Shown here: piece by piece, positions 35,038 through 48,274 of the stretch
Layout of the letters: the number at the start of each line of letters is the position of its first letter
Numbering within the stretch: position 1 is the first letter of the stretch
Assembly (NCBI RefSeq): GCF_006345805.1
Contig: NC_043018.1
Location: 24,800,001 to 24,864,000 of the forward strand
DNA: 64,000 nt
Direction of reading: 5' to 3'
From: Octopus sinensis
Taxonomy: Eukaryota
The notes under the pieces: model-generated
What the model saw: only the letters and a program-made list of their open reading frames with translations
What the model was told of the DNA's origin: nothing
Databases searched by the model: none
Translations under genes and position numbers: made by a program

Positions 35038-37147
35038 TATATATATATATATTTATACTGTAAAATTAGATTTAATCCTAAATCTAATTTTTCCCTGTAA
35101 GTTTGGATTTACTCCCTAATATTATTATTATTATATAGTTAATAGTTGCAATTGTTTTTGTTCCAGCACATGATCTCAGATCAGGTCACTTGCTATGCAA
35201 GTACATCTCTGTAGTATACATATATATACATATGTACATATATATACATACATATACATACAAATATACATATATAGACAAATATATATATATATAATAT
35301 ATAATATATATATATATACACATACATATAAATATACACACATATAGTAGATAGATACAAACAGACACACGTATACATATATGATTGATTGATTGATTGA
35401 TTCTAGTTTCAGTCACGAGCTGCGGCCATGCTGGGGCACCGCCATTTAGAATTGGAAATATACACACACATATATATATACACTTACATATATAATTATA
35501 TGCATTTTTTGCAGGCTTGGCTGTATGTATGCATGTGTGTATGTGAGCACAAACATATGCATGCCTACACATATGCACGCACAACAAGCCCATAGTTAAA
35601 TGATACACATCCATCAAGCATCAAAGTTATTTTGGAGAAAAATGGAATTAATTGAGGCAATGTCCTTTGCTTGCTGAGACCAAGAGGAAGATTCATCACT
35701 ACAACAGCTACCACCATCATCACCACCACCAACAATAACAATGGCAATACTACCACCATCACTACTGCTGTCAGCACCATCGAAACCACCACCACCACCA
35801 TGACCATCACTGCTCCTTTCCTTGTCATCATCATCATCACCACTATCCTTAAATTCCCTTTTGCTGAGTCTGCTTCTTTAAGTCATCCTCTCAAGAGGCA
35901 TACACCCACCCACACAGATACACACACACACACACGCACACACATATATATATATATATGTATAGACATACATAAAGATACTTATACACATATACACACA
36001 CACATATATAAAGATACATACACACACATATACATACATATTATGTACACATACATATACACACATATATACACACATGTACATATACACACACATATAT
36101 ACACGTATATACACACACACATATATACACATATATACACACACACATATATATATATACTATATACATATATACACACATGTATACATATACACATACA
36201 TACATATATATATATATATACATAAACACAAACATAGAAATATATACATAAACACACGTATACACACGCACACATATATATACATACATATATACATACA
36301 CCCACACACACATATATACATATACACATATACATACACACATACATACACACACATACATATACATACACACACACACAAATACATACACACATACATA
36401 CATACACACACACACACACATATATATATATATTATATATATATATATATGTATGTATTAGACCACACATTGTGTTTACATAATGACTGTTTTGTCAAAG
36501 AACCTCATCCGACTGCACCAGTTGGTAGCAGTGGTTGTAGTTGTTGTTGGTGTTGTTCTTCTCATTGATGTTATTCTTTTTAGTATTATTCTTTTAATAC
36601 CCTTTTCGTTATCTTCCCCCAACTTTTTCCTTAGAATTCTACTACTGCTCCTCCTCATCCTCCTACTACTACTACTACTGTTAGTATTATTATTATTATT
36701 ATTGCTAAGCTCCTTGTAAGTATTTAAGAAATCATTATTATTCCTTGTGCTTCCTGGTTTACATCTTGTAGAACAATATCCAAACAAGGAGCCGGAGGCA
36801 GCACAAAGAACATGTCACTTGATCGACAACACTCTCTGGTAATATGCCAGCCGTTTCCAGTGGGAAGGAACTGTTCTTCCGGACTAAGTAAATATTGACA
36901 ACGCTTTGGATACGGTCAGTTTTTATCTGTTACATATTTCAGTTATCAGCTTTTGGTCATGCTGGGGCAGTACCTTCAAGAATTTTAGTCGAATGTATTG
37001 ACCCCAGTGGTAACGATTTGCTTTGTAAAGCCTGGTATTTATTCTATCAGTATCTTTTGCTGAACGACTAAGTTGTAGGAACGTAAAGACACCAACAAAG
37101 ACACACACACAGACATTAACTTAAATGGAAAATATAAGCAGATAGAG

Positions 37148-37179
<32 letters not shown>

Positions 37180-37470
37180 TGATAGAAATGGCAAGACAAC
37201 AAAAGAATAAAAGAGACCTCGATATTATGTAAATAGAGGAATTTATCTGAAAATGTAATATGTGACAATTATTCGGTAGCCATGATCAAATTCTGAGTTT
37301 CGGATGTTGGGGTGGAAATCCACCCCGACATCTCTTTTTTTTTTACATACCATTTTTTGCGATGGCTGGATAACTGAAGAGATGGCAGTGTGGATTTCCA
37401 CCCTGAGATCCAAAACTCAAGAGTTTTATCATGGCTACCGAATAATTGTCACATATTACATTTACAGATA
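37180..37470. mobile_element. Repeat family HH-C: ~94-bp inverted arms each carrying part of a hammerhead-like motif
   Basis: 37245-37336 is the reverse complement of 37376-37470. Plus-strand arm reads GATAA CTGAAGA [long stem II] AAAA CTC AA GAG TT TTATC; the minus arm retains GAAAC. Confidence 0.75.
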
Positions 37471-37934
37471 TCATCATCATTTAACGTCCATTTTCCATGC
37501 TAGCATGGGTTGGACAGTTCGACCGGGGTCTGGTAAGCCATGGAGGCTGCACCAGGCTCCAGTCTGATTTGGCAGTGTTTCTACAACTGGATGCCCTTCC
37601 TAACGCCAACCACTCCATGGTATATATATTCATATACACACACACACACACAGTAGTAGCTGCTTTCTCATATATAAGCAAAACCACTGCTAGAAAGAAG
37701 CATTGAAATGAGTCAATGTTGATGCAATGTGTGCCCCTTGTATGACACTTGAGGCCGGCCAAAGATTTGCACATTCTATTGCATAATGCACACCTTCCCA
37801 CATGCTGCACATGATCTGTCATGAACAACAGCTGTATCACAATTTATAAGGGGTCGATTCCTGTGAGTTCTCTGGTGGCTGACCAGGCCTGCATGACTTA
37901 AGCATTTCCTCTCACAAACCACACATATATCTCT

Positions 37935-38470
37935 TTTACTCTTTTACTTGTTTCAGTCATTTGACTGTGGCCATGCCGGAGCACCGCCTTTAATCGAGCA
38001 AATCGACCCTGGGACTTATTCTTTGTAAGCCCAGTACTTATTCAATCGGTCTCTTTTGCCGAACCGCCAAGTGACAGGGACGTAAACACACCAGCATCGG
38101 TTGTCAAGCAATGCTAGGGGGACAAACACAAACACACACACACATACATATATACGACAGGCTTCTTTCAGTTTCCGTCTACCAAATCCACTTACAAGGC
38201 ATTGGTCGGCCTGGGGCTATAGCAGAAGACACTTGCCCAAGATGCCACGCAGTGGGACTGAACCCGGAACCATGTGGTTGGTTAGCAAGCTACTTACCAC
38301 ACAGCCAAATAAATATACGATGGGCTTCTTTCAGTTTCCGTCTACCAAATCCACTCACAAGGCTATGGTCAGCTTATAGCTATAGTAGAAGACACTTGCC
38401 CAAGTTGCCATGCAGTGGGACTGAACTTGGAATCGTGTGGATGGGAAGCAAACTTCTAACCAGACAGCCA
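37935..38470 (-). mobile_element. SINE family 1 with a second, tandem head
   Basis: Full reverse-complement copy 37935-38310 followed by another head at 38315-38470. Confidence 0.85.
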
Positions 38471-38489
38471 CGCCTGTTGAATTTCTCCA

Positions 38490-38875
38490 TTTGCTTCTTC
38501 ATGATTCCTTGTTTGTACAGAGCACAAAATGAACAGCTTTGTGAGGCAGCAAGTCAAGAAATATGCTGCCTGACAGGAACCACTCCTGGCATAGGGAAAA
38601 AGATGAAAGCTTGCATGGTAGGGTCACGTATCCTGTCACAACTTCTTGCCCCAAACCGTTCTTCAGGGCACAGTTGAGGGAGGCCAAAAGAGAAGCAGAC
38701 AGACAACATCCTGGTTTGACAACATCAAGGACTGGACAGGTCACAACACAGCAAAACCTATTACACGTGACAGAGAACAGGGACCATTGACAACGGCTGA
38801 TTATGAAAGTGTCGAGAGAGGCAATCCAACGATTGGCTGCATCAGTTAAGGAATCTTAATGATGATGATGATGAA
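38490..38875 (+). mobile_element. RTE LINE 3' end (second lineage)
   Basis: Degraded EHKMNSFVRQQV...QEPLLA..KR.KLAW.GH...TVLQGTVEGGQKRSRQTTSWFDNIKDWTG, followed by AAGGAATCTTAATGATGATGATGATGA. Confidence 0.85.
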
Positions 38876-40183
38876 CATATATATGTGTGTGTTGTGTGTG
38901 TGTATATATATATATATATATTATATATATATATATATATAATATAAATAATATATATAAGCCTCTGTGTGTGTGTGTCTTGTGTCTGTACCCTCACTCC
39001 ACCTAACTTAGTGGTTCAGCAAAAGAGACTGATAGAATAAGTATTAGGCTATAAAACATAAGTGTTGGGGTCGATTTGTTTGATGAAAACCCTTTAAAGT
39101 GATGCACCAGCATGGCTGCAGCCATATATCTAAGGCAAGAAAAAGAATACATATAAACATATATATAAATATGTGTGTGTGTCTCCCACCTAGTCAACAG
39201 ATGGCAATGGTTTGTTTACATCCTTGTAACTTGGTGGTTTGACAAAAGGAACCAACAGAATAAAGTACCAGACTTTGAGGTTTACATCACTGACCATCAC
39301 CAACACCACCACCACCACCTTTTGACCACAATTGCTGCCACCATTACCACCACCACCACCAAACCAGTTCACCTTACCCATGCACCCCACCCACTGGGTA
39401 AATAGCATCACGCAATGGGGTGGAGAATCAATCACATTGCTCACTCTCCTCTCCCCTCTCCACACACACACACAACCCCTGGTGGGCAGATAGGAGGGTG
39501 GGGTGGAGCGGCAACACCATCAGGGGGGTGGGGGAATGGTCTCCTACTGCCACACACTCACCAGCCCTCTCAGGTGAAATACAGTCCCACCCCACTACTA
39601 ACCATGTTCAGAGCTGAGGTGGAGGGGAAGGGCACAACTTCTCACACCCCACTATGCTCCTCCAGAGCCCCCTCCTCCTACACCTATCAGCAATAGGCAA
39701 TATACACCTCCCCCACCCCATTACCACACTACCCACAGCCCACACCTTACAAACAGACCACTAGCTGTGGTGGTGGTGGTGGGTGGATGCCCTCAATCCA
39801 CCCTGTTCAGACTTTTATATCTACCCAACATGTCAGCTTAACAGGAGCACAACAACCTAATGCTACCCACGGCAGGTGTAAAAGGCACAGCACCCCATCT
39901 ACCCTAGCACCCTGTTTACTTCTCACCCATATCAGAAAAAGCAAAAAAAAGCAACAGGTATTGGAAAGTAGCAGAAATCATTTTACACACACACACACAC
40001 ACATCATGAGAGAGAGGGAGAGAGAGAGATGCACAAAAAGAAAGATAGAAAGAGAAAAAGAGAGAGAGAAAGATGTATATACTTAGATATATGTGAGATC
40101 TACACATAGACACATATAAACACATCCACATACACACATACAAATATATGTATGTTTGTATATGTGTCTATGTATGTGTGTGA

Positions 40184-40214
<31 letters not shown>

Positions 40215-40335
40215 AATATACGTATTTGTATATATGTATCTATATTGTGTGTATTTATACACACACATATATATGCATATGAATATATATATATACACAC
40301 ACACAACATATATTGTATATGTGTGTGTATGTATG

Positions 40336-40366
<31 letters not shown>

Positions 40367-40899
40367 TATTATATATATTATATAATATATATATATAAAT
40401 ACACATACATATGCATCATGGGATGTGTATATATATATACATACACACGCACACAAACACACACACAGTCTTGTCTGTGAATGCATTTGTATGCATGTAA
40501 TATATATATATATATCGTATATACACTTGTGTATGTGTGTGCCTATATGTCTGCATACATGTGTATGGGTGCATAATATATAGGTGTGTGTATATGTACA
40601 TGACGGTATACACACATTCATACACTCATTCACACACACAGTAGCCTTAGATAAGTAGCATACATGCTCTGACAGACAGGTGGAATTAGTCCTTTTCAAA
40701 TGTAGTGTGTATGTGTGTGTGTGGGGGGATAGAGAGAGAGAGAGACGGAGAGTGAAAAGGAGATGAAATACCAAAGGAAGAGGGATAATTGTTTAGTATA
40801 TAACTTCCACCTGTTAATAAATGTTACTTCTGTTCTACACACACACATTTGGTATATCCTATTTCCTATATTAATATGTGTCTGTGTGTGTACGTGTGT

Positions 40900-40945
<46 letters not shown>

Positions 40946-41959
40946 CACGCCGGGCAAAATGCGTAGCCGTATTTCGTCTGCCGTTACGTTCTGAGTTCAA
41001 ATTCCGCCGAGGTTGACTTTGCCTTTCATCCTTTCGGGGTTGATAAATTAAGGACCAGTTCACTGGGGTAGATGAATCGACTTAATCCGTTTGTCTGTCC
41101 TGTTTGTCCCCTCTGTGTTTAGCCCTTGTGGGTAGTAAAGAAATATATATATATATATATATATATTGGCGTTAGGAAGGGCATCCAGCGTAGCACTGCC
41201 GATCTGACTGGACTGGTGCGCTTCGGCTCCCCAGACCCCAGTTGAACCGCAACCCATGCTAGCATGGAAAGCGGACGTTAAATGATGATGATGATGATGA
41301 TGATATATATATATATATATATATATATCTTTTATCTTTTTACTTGTTTCAGTTATTAGACTGTAGCCATGCTGGGGCACCACATTGAAGGAGTTTTAGT
41401 CAAATGAATCGACTTTCTTTAAGCCTGGTTAAAGGGATTCTATTGATCCCTTTCGTCAGACTGCTAAGTTATGGTCACGTAAACACACCAAAAACTTACT
41501 GTCCACAAGGCTATTTGGCTTGCTAGAAATATCAGTTAAATCTTCCTCAAATTACACTTACTTTAAAAACTGGTATGACATAAGATGTACTAAAATACAG
41601 TGAGGAAGCGCTTTTAGTCATACAAACCATGCCAAAGCTGACATCGGAGCATGATGCAGTCCATACCATCCTCTGGCTTGGTGGTCCCTGTCAAGCTGGT
41701 CAACCTATGATCAGCAGGGAAAATGGATGCTACATGGTGAGGAGGAATAGATGGCCATAGCTATGGCTAGAACATCTATCTATTTATCTATCTATCTGTC
41801 TATCTATTCATTTATCTGTCTAGGGTGGGTAAAATTCCTGAGATCAATGGACAAATTCTCTCCAGCGGTCTTTGTCCCTCATCATCGCGGCCATGTCCTG
41901 TGTCTCTCAGTGACCAGTGTCTGTCCTCAGGGCATCAACAGTCTCCCTCTTTTAGTGTA

Positions 41960-42873
41960 TCTGTGTGCAGTATCAACTTTGAATGAAATTAAGACGAAGT
42001 ATCTGGTGGAGAACATTAAGAAGCCAGAGAAGGTTATAAATGTAGGCTGGAAGCCACTAGAGTTGGTTGAGGACTTCCTGTATCTGGGAGCAAAGATTGG
42101 GAACACAGAGGGTGATATAGTTGAGAGGAAGAGTAAAGCCTGGGCGGCATGGCACAGTTTGAGATCTGCATGGAAGTCAGACTTTCGTAAAGACATGAAG
42201 ATCCATCTCTTTGTTGCTGCAGTGGAGACTGTGCTGCTGTATGGGTCTGAGACTTGGACACTGACCAAGAATTTCACTCAGATGGTGGATGGGTGCTACA
42301 TGAGAATGCTGAGGGTGGCTCTGAACATTAATCAGTATTCACTGAGGATGAAGAACTCAGAGTTATCATCATATCATCATCATCATTGTTCGACCGTGGT
42401 CGAGACAATGGAATTTACCATGCTACGCCAGACTTCACGGTCCATCAAAGCATTACGGAGGTCCTGTTGCTGGATGCTTGTATCCCTGGAGATTACATCA
42501 GGGTAGGAGAGTGTGTGCCCTCTGGTATTACGAGTAGATGGCTTCCAAAGGAGAAGGGTAGAAATTGCCTCGTTTTCAGCTCTACAACAATGTCCAGCAA
42601 ACTGGACTCTCCTACCTTTCACAAGAGATGATACAGGTGGTAGTTTCCCATATATTTGCATTTTGGTTGGATGACGCTTCCACAAGAGATTTTGAGCTCT
42701 CATAAGAAGGCGAGTGTAGGTTCTATCCAACCGCCTCTCAAGCTTCTTTGATAACGTCCAGGTTTCTGAGCCATATAGTAGAATTGGTTCGACTGTGGCT
42801 TTGAAGATTGTACGAAAGCTTCCCAAAAGTTAGCTCGAAAATAACAGAGAGGAGACTAAGGTTAACTGGACAT
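41960..42873 (+). mobile_element. RTE-type LINE RT C-terminal fragment (host), split by a nested insertion
   Basis: KTKYLVENI...VEDFLYLG...AVETVLLYGSETWTL...NSEL ends at 42365 and resumes at 42811 as YESFPKVSSKITERRLRLTGH. Confidence 0.9.
42366..42810 (-). mobile_element. 5'-truncated RTE-type LINE 3' end nested antisense in the host LINE
   Basis: Open frame IFKATVEPILLYGSETWTLSKKLERRLD...RRVQFAGHC...DREVWRSMV...TVEQ* followed by a (TGA)n tail. Confidence 0.92.
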
Positions 42874-43624
42874 GACCAGAACATCTTTGGTCAAAAGTCT
42901 GCTGGATTAAGAAAGAGCTGACCTGGGGTTAAATAACAATAATGACTTCAGCAGCAGCAACAACGACAGTGACAGCAATAACAACAACAGCAACAATAGT
43001 ATTAATAACAAACGACAACAATATTAGCAACAACAAAAACTGCAAGAAACAAACTAGATAGGGTTTCAAAAAATGTCCTTCCGGTGAGCATTTGAGCATT
43101 TGTCACAGATGTGTGACTAGTTGGGTGGAGGGTGTAAGGGCAGTAACACCACTCTATATATATGTATATACTCTTGGGTGTATGTGTGTGTTTGCAGCAT
43201 AGAAAACAGATGTTATATGATGACGATGATGATGATATGTGTGTATATAAACATGTGTGCATATATATATGTATGCATATATGTGTATATCTATCTATAT
43301 ATATATACATACATATATAAATACATATATATATACTTACATATATATACATACATTATATATATATACATATGTAAAATATGTGTATATATGTATATAT
43401 ATAAATGTGTGTGTATATGTGCACACACTCATACAGACGTGCACAGACACACACATATGCATATATATATATATATATACACACACATACATACTCGCAC
43501 ACACACTTACACCCATAGATAAAAGTAGCCCAAGAGAGAGAAGCTTATTTTCATTGTTGGATCTCAGAAGTAGAAACACATCAACATTAGATGTTGTCAC
43601 AGCTTGACTTCCTTGTGGGGAGAG

Positions 43625-43656
<32 letters not shown>

Positions 43657-44279
43657 AGGGAGAGTCTCTTGAATGTGAGGGGTGATGGGGGTAGACGGTG
43701 GTGGGGTAGTGGTGGTGGTGGCATTAGTGATAGTAGCAGTGATGATGATGATAGTATTGCTGCTGTGGTGGTAGTAGTAGTAGTAGTATTTATGATGATA
43801 ATGATGATGGCAGGGGTGGTGATGGGGATGGTGATAGTGATGGTGATAAGGCTGTTGTAGCGGTAGTGGTGTTGGTGGTGGTTGATGATGATGATGAAGT
43901 AGCAGTGGTTAATAGTGTGAAATGAATGGCTGGATGAATGAATAAAGGGTACTCTTCCAAGGTGGTGGTCATGGCGGCAGGGGTATTACAACACCATCAC
44001 CACCACCAGTACTACCACCATCACCACCACCGAGATTACTGTTGCCTATTCCATATGTCTGCTTTTTTTCTTACTTTTTCCACAGAAAGAAAAGTGGGGT
44101 GGTCGGGTAGGGGACAAAATCTAAGTATTTACAATAACTTTATCATCATCATCATCGTCATCACCACCAGCATTGTTACCATCATCATCACCATATTTCC
44201 CACCACCACCACCACTACCATCACTATCATTATAACCATAACCATCATCATCATCGACAGCATCACCATCACCCCGTAG

Positions 44280-44293
44280 TAGTAGCAGTGGTG

Positions 44294-44392
<99 letters not shown>

Positions 44393-44400
44393 ATGGTGGT
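44280..44400. repeat. (GTA)n/(GTG)n trinucleotide tract; similar low-complexity tracts at 20430-20650, 43700-43900, 51550-51860 and 52570-52990
   Basis: Directly visible. Confidence 0.95.
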
Positions 44401-45159
44401 AGTAGTGAAATTTGTAGTAGTGGTGATAGCAGTATAGAAGTAGTAGTGGTGATAGTAATGATGATGGTGCAAGTAAGTAGTTGAGGTTGTGGTGGTAGTG
44501 AAAGTAGCAGCAGCAACAACAACAAGGAAACCATGTGACCAACATCCGCTACTACAGTGACATCAGGGAACATATGAATGGCAAAGATAGGGAGTCTGGA
44601 AGTGGACAAAGAAAATAAGGTGGGTGGGGGGGGGGGGCTTTTGCTTGTTTGTTTGTCTTTGGATAAGAATTTTTTTACAGTTTGAAAGCCATTCCACACC
44701 TCACCCTCTCTCAACACCCACCCTGCCACTCTATGTGTCTTCCTGTTGTCCCAGAGGAAGGAGAAGTGGCTGGGGACACACATATCATAGCATAAAACAC
44801 CCCCCAAAACACAACTCTGATAAAAAAACAGAAAAAAATTAACCATATGTGAAAGTGAAATTTTTAAAAAAATATAAACATGAAACCAAAATAAAATTCA
44901 AGAAAGATTTCGAAAAAATTTTTTTGAGGGAGAATATTTATGCAAATCATTTAAATTTCTTTGGAATTTTAAAAATTCTAATTTTTAATCTGTGGAGATT
45001 AAAGAAACAAGCTTCTTAACCACAGAGATTCTTGCATCTACAAGGTTTTGGGTTTAGCCGTGGGCTGACCAATGCCTTATGAGCAAATTTGGTAGATAGA
45101 CATTGCATGGAAGTCCACTGTGTGTGTGTGTGTCTGTGTGTGCATATATATATATTCTT

Positions 45160-46490
45160 TTATTTGTTTCAGTCATTTGATTGCGGCCATGCTGGAGCAC
45201 CGACTTGAAGGGTTTTTTTAGTTGAAGAAATCAACTCCAAGGCTTATTCTTGGTAAGCCTAGTACTTATTCTATTGGTCTCTTTTGTCAAACTGTTAAGT
45301 TACGGGGACATAAACACAAACATTGGTTGCCAAGCGATGTTGGTGGGGACAAAAACACACACACACACATACATATATATATATACATATACACATATAT
45401 GATGAGCTTCTTTTAGTTTCCATCTACCAAATCCATTCACAAGCCTTTGGTTGGCCTGAGGCTTTAGTAGAAGATACTTACCCAAGGTGCCATGCAGTGG
45501 ACTGAATCCACAACCATGTGGTTGAGAAGCAAGCGTCTTACCACACAGCCACACCTATGCCCATATATATACATATATACACACACACATATCTATATAT
45601 GTACATGAGGTGGGTGTAAGTTTCTTACCACACAGCCACTAGTCCTGATATATATATATTGCTACCATCCGTTTCGCGACCGTATATATATTGCTACCTT
45701 CCGTTTCGCGACCGTTGCCAGCACCACCCCGTTTCGTGTCCGTTGCCAGCCTCGCCTGGCCCTTGTGCCGGTGGCACATAAAAAGCACCATCCGTTCGTG
45801 GCCGTTTGCCAGCTCTGTCTGGCACCTGTGCGGGTGGCACGTAAAAAGCACCCACTACACTCACGGAGTGGTTGGCGTTAGGAAGGGCATCCAGCCGTAG
45901 AAACACTGCCAGATTTGACTGGGCCTGATGAAGCCTTCTGGCTTCACAGACCCCAGTAGAACCGTCCAACCCATGCTAGCATGGAAAACGGACGCTAAAC
46001 GACGATGATGATGATCTCTCTCTCTCTTGCTTTCTTTCACCCTTTCTCTCTTTTGTATTCTCACATTCTCATCCTTTCTCATTAATGATCACTCCTCTCT
46101 CTCTCTCTGTCCCTCTGAATGGGATAACCATTATCTCCTCTACAGCAAGGCACCTGTTTCTATTCCTCTGTCACATTCTAACATCTCATCACCTGGCACA
46201 AGGCTACCCCCTCCCAAATGATCTTTGTTTTGCAATTTACTTGGTGGTGCTATGCAAAAAAAGTACCCAGCTGTAAAAACCATGCCAAAACAGACCTCAT
46301 AGGTGCTGGTGCCACGTAAAAAAGCACTCAGTCCATTTTGTAAAGTGATTGGCATTAGGAAGTGCATCCAGCTGTAGAAGCCATGCCAAAACAGCCAGTA
46401 AACCCTGGTGCAGTCCTCTGGCTTGCCAGCTACTGCCAAACTATCCAACCCATGCCAGCATGGAAAAACGGATATTAAATGATGATGATG
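45160..46490. mobile_element. SINE family 1 (45160-45560, -) and RTE 3'-tail copies (45660-46015 +, 46240-46490 +)
   Basis: Match to the family units elsewhere in the window. Confidence 0.85.
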
Positions 46491-46613
46491 CTGAGTTGAA
46501 TTCTTCCTTCCTGAGGTTTGTTCTTGATGTTGTGTTACCCCCCAGCTTCCCTGCTAGGTCATCTCTGAGCAAGCCGGTGGAGGCAATCAAAGTACACAGA
46601 CAGAACTACTCAC

Positions 46614-46702
46614 CTGGAAGTTCAAAGAGAGTATTGAAGATCCTGAACCGTTTTTCGTCCATGTGGACAAACTTGTTGGGGTAATATTCATAGACTTGTT
46701 TT
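46614..46702 (-). CDS. NT5C2: Internal coding exon of a cytosolic purine 5'-nucleotidase (cN-II, HAD superfamily) gene
   Basis: Minus strand: acceptor tttctatctattaacAG, an 89-nt exon (phase 2 in, phase 1 out) encoding KQVYEYYPNKFVHMDEKRFRIFNTLFELP, then a perfect donor CAG|GTGAGT. The peptide aligns with human NT5C2 [31 protein letters not shown] as recalled, and the boundaries fall where I recall the human introns. Recognised from memory; no search was run. Confidence 0.88.
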
Positions 46703-46717
46703 CTGTTAATAGATAGA

Positions 46718-46762
<45 letters not shown>

Positions 46763-46979
46763 AATAATGATAATAATAATAATAATAATAATAATGAATA
46801 ACAAGTTGAGTACAATGTCAGCAATTTCGAGGGAAGGGGTAAGTCAAATACATTGGCCCTCAAGTGTACAACTGGTACTTATTTTATTAACCATGAAAGG
46901 ATGAAAGGCAAAGTTGACCTTGGATTTCTGGAAATTAAAATGATAATAATAATAATGATAATGATAATAATAATAATAA

Positions 46980-47335
46980 ACATGCTTGTTTACTGATATG
47001 ACAGTGCTTACCAACAGAAACATCTCAGCAAAGGAATTTGAAAAACTGTTGAAATATAGGGACTTTGAGATCGAGATATCTAGGGTGTGGCAATTAAAAA
47101 CCAAAACCATCCCTGTTGTTGTAGGTGCCCTAGGAATGATCAAGAAAGGTAGTAGCAAATTTTTTGACAAGATCTTTAGGAAACCAACAATTTACAAGGC
47201 TCAAAAAATTGTGTTGACATCAACCACCGACCTTCCCAGGAAGTTTTTTTTCACCTAATATATGCGTGCCTTAGGTCTCCAGTTGAGACCCAGTCGGAGA
47301 TGAAATAAAATGCAAATTAATCAAAAAATAATGAT
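46980..47335 (+). mobile_element. R4/Dong-type non-LTR retrotransposon 3' fragment (restriction-like endonuclease domain)
   Basis: ORF 46986-47258 (D..V...NI..KE.EKL.KYRD.EIEI.RVWQLKTKTIPVVVGALGMIKKG...QKIVL) is the typical RLE C-terminus of R4/Dong elements. It starts in a (TAA/TGA)n tract and ends AAAAATAATGAT. Confidence 0.8.
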
Positions 47336-47339
47336 CCTT

Positions 47340-47950
47340 TAAACTGTAGGCACAAGACTTGAAATATGGGGGAGAGGATTAGATCAACCCGAGTACACAA
47401 CTGGTACTTAATTTATCGACCCTGAAAGGATGAAAGGCAAACTCGACCTCAGCAGAATTTGAACTCAGAACATAGCAGCAGATGAAATACCTATTTCTTT
47501 ACTACCAACAAGGGGCTAACAAGGACAGAAGGGACAAACAAGGACAGACAAACGGATTAAGTCAATTATATCGACCCCAGTGCGTAACTGGTACTTATTT
47601 AATCAACCCCGAATGGATGAAAAGCAAAGTCAATCTTGGCGGAATTTGAACTCAGAACGTAAAGACAGACGAAATACTGCTAAGCATTTCGTCCGGCGTG
47701 CTAACGTTTCTGCCAAGCTCACCGCCTTGCTAATAATAATAATAATAATAATAATAATTATCCTTTCTACTATAGGCACAAGGCCTGGAATTTTGAGGGT
47801 GGAGGATAGTCATTGACATCACCCCCACTGTTTCACTGGTACTTAATTTATCAACCCTGAAAGGATGAAAGGCAAAGTTGACCTCAGCGGAACTTGAACT
47901 CGGAACGTAGCAGCAGATATAATACTGCAAACCATTTCGCCCAGCGTACT
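47340..47950 (-). mobile_element. Tandem and nested family 2 SINEs
   Basis: Three reverse-complement copies of the central domain (CTGGTACTTA...CGACCC.GAA.GGATGAAA.GCAAA). Confidence 0.85.
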
Positions 47951-48240
47951 AATGATTCCCCCAGCTCACTGTCTAAGGGTACCCGTGTCTGTGGAGTGCT
48001 CTGCCACTTGCACGTTAATAAATGAGCTGTGACGTCACTAGTGCCAAGCTGTACCAGCCCCTTTGCCTTTCCCTTGGATAACATCGGCAGTGTGGAGAGG
48101 GGAGGCTGGTATGCATGGGCGATTGCTGGTCTTCCATAAACGACCTTGCCCAGACTTGTGCCTTGGAGGGTAACTTTCAGGTAGCATCCCATGGTCATTC
48201 ATGACTGAAGGGGTCACAACAATATATATATATATATATA

Positions 48241-48274
<34 letters not shown>

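Noticed and set aside
36769-36850. Plus-strand EQYPNK...NTL peptide echoing the NT5C2 exon; possible duplicated exon or editing-complementary sequence
   Set aside because: Only about 13 of 18 nt match, it is on the opposite strand 10 kb away, and the similarity does not extend; consistent with chance.
44121-44846. 241-aa minus-strand ORF with a strong-looking acceptor near 44820
   Set aside because: Mostly (CTA/CCA)n repeat; read in the phase required after the NT5C2 exon it stops within about ten codons.
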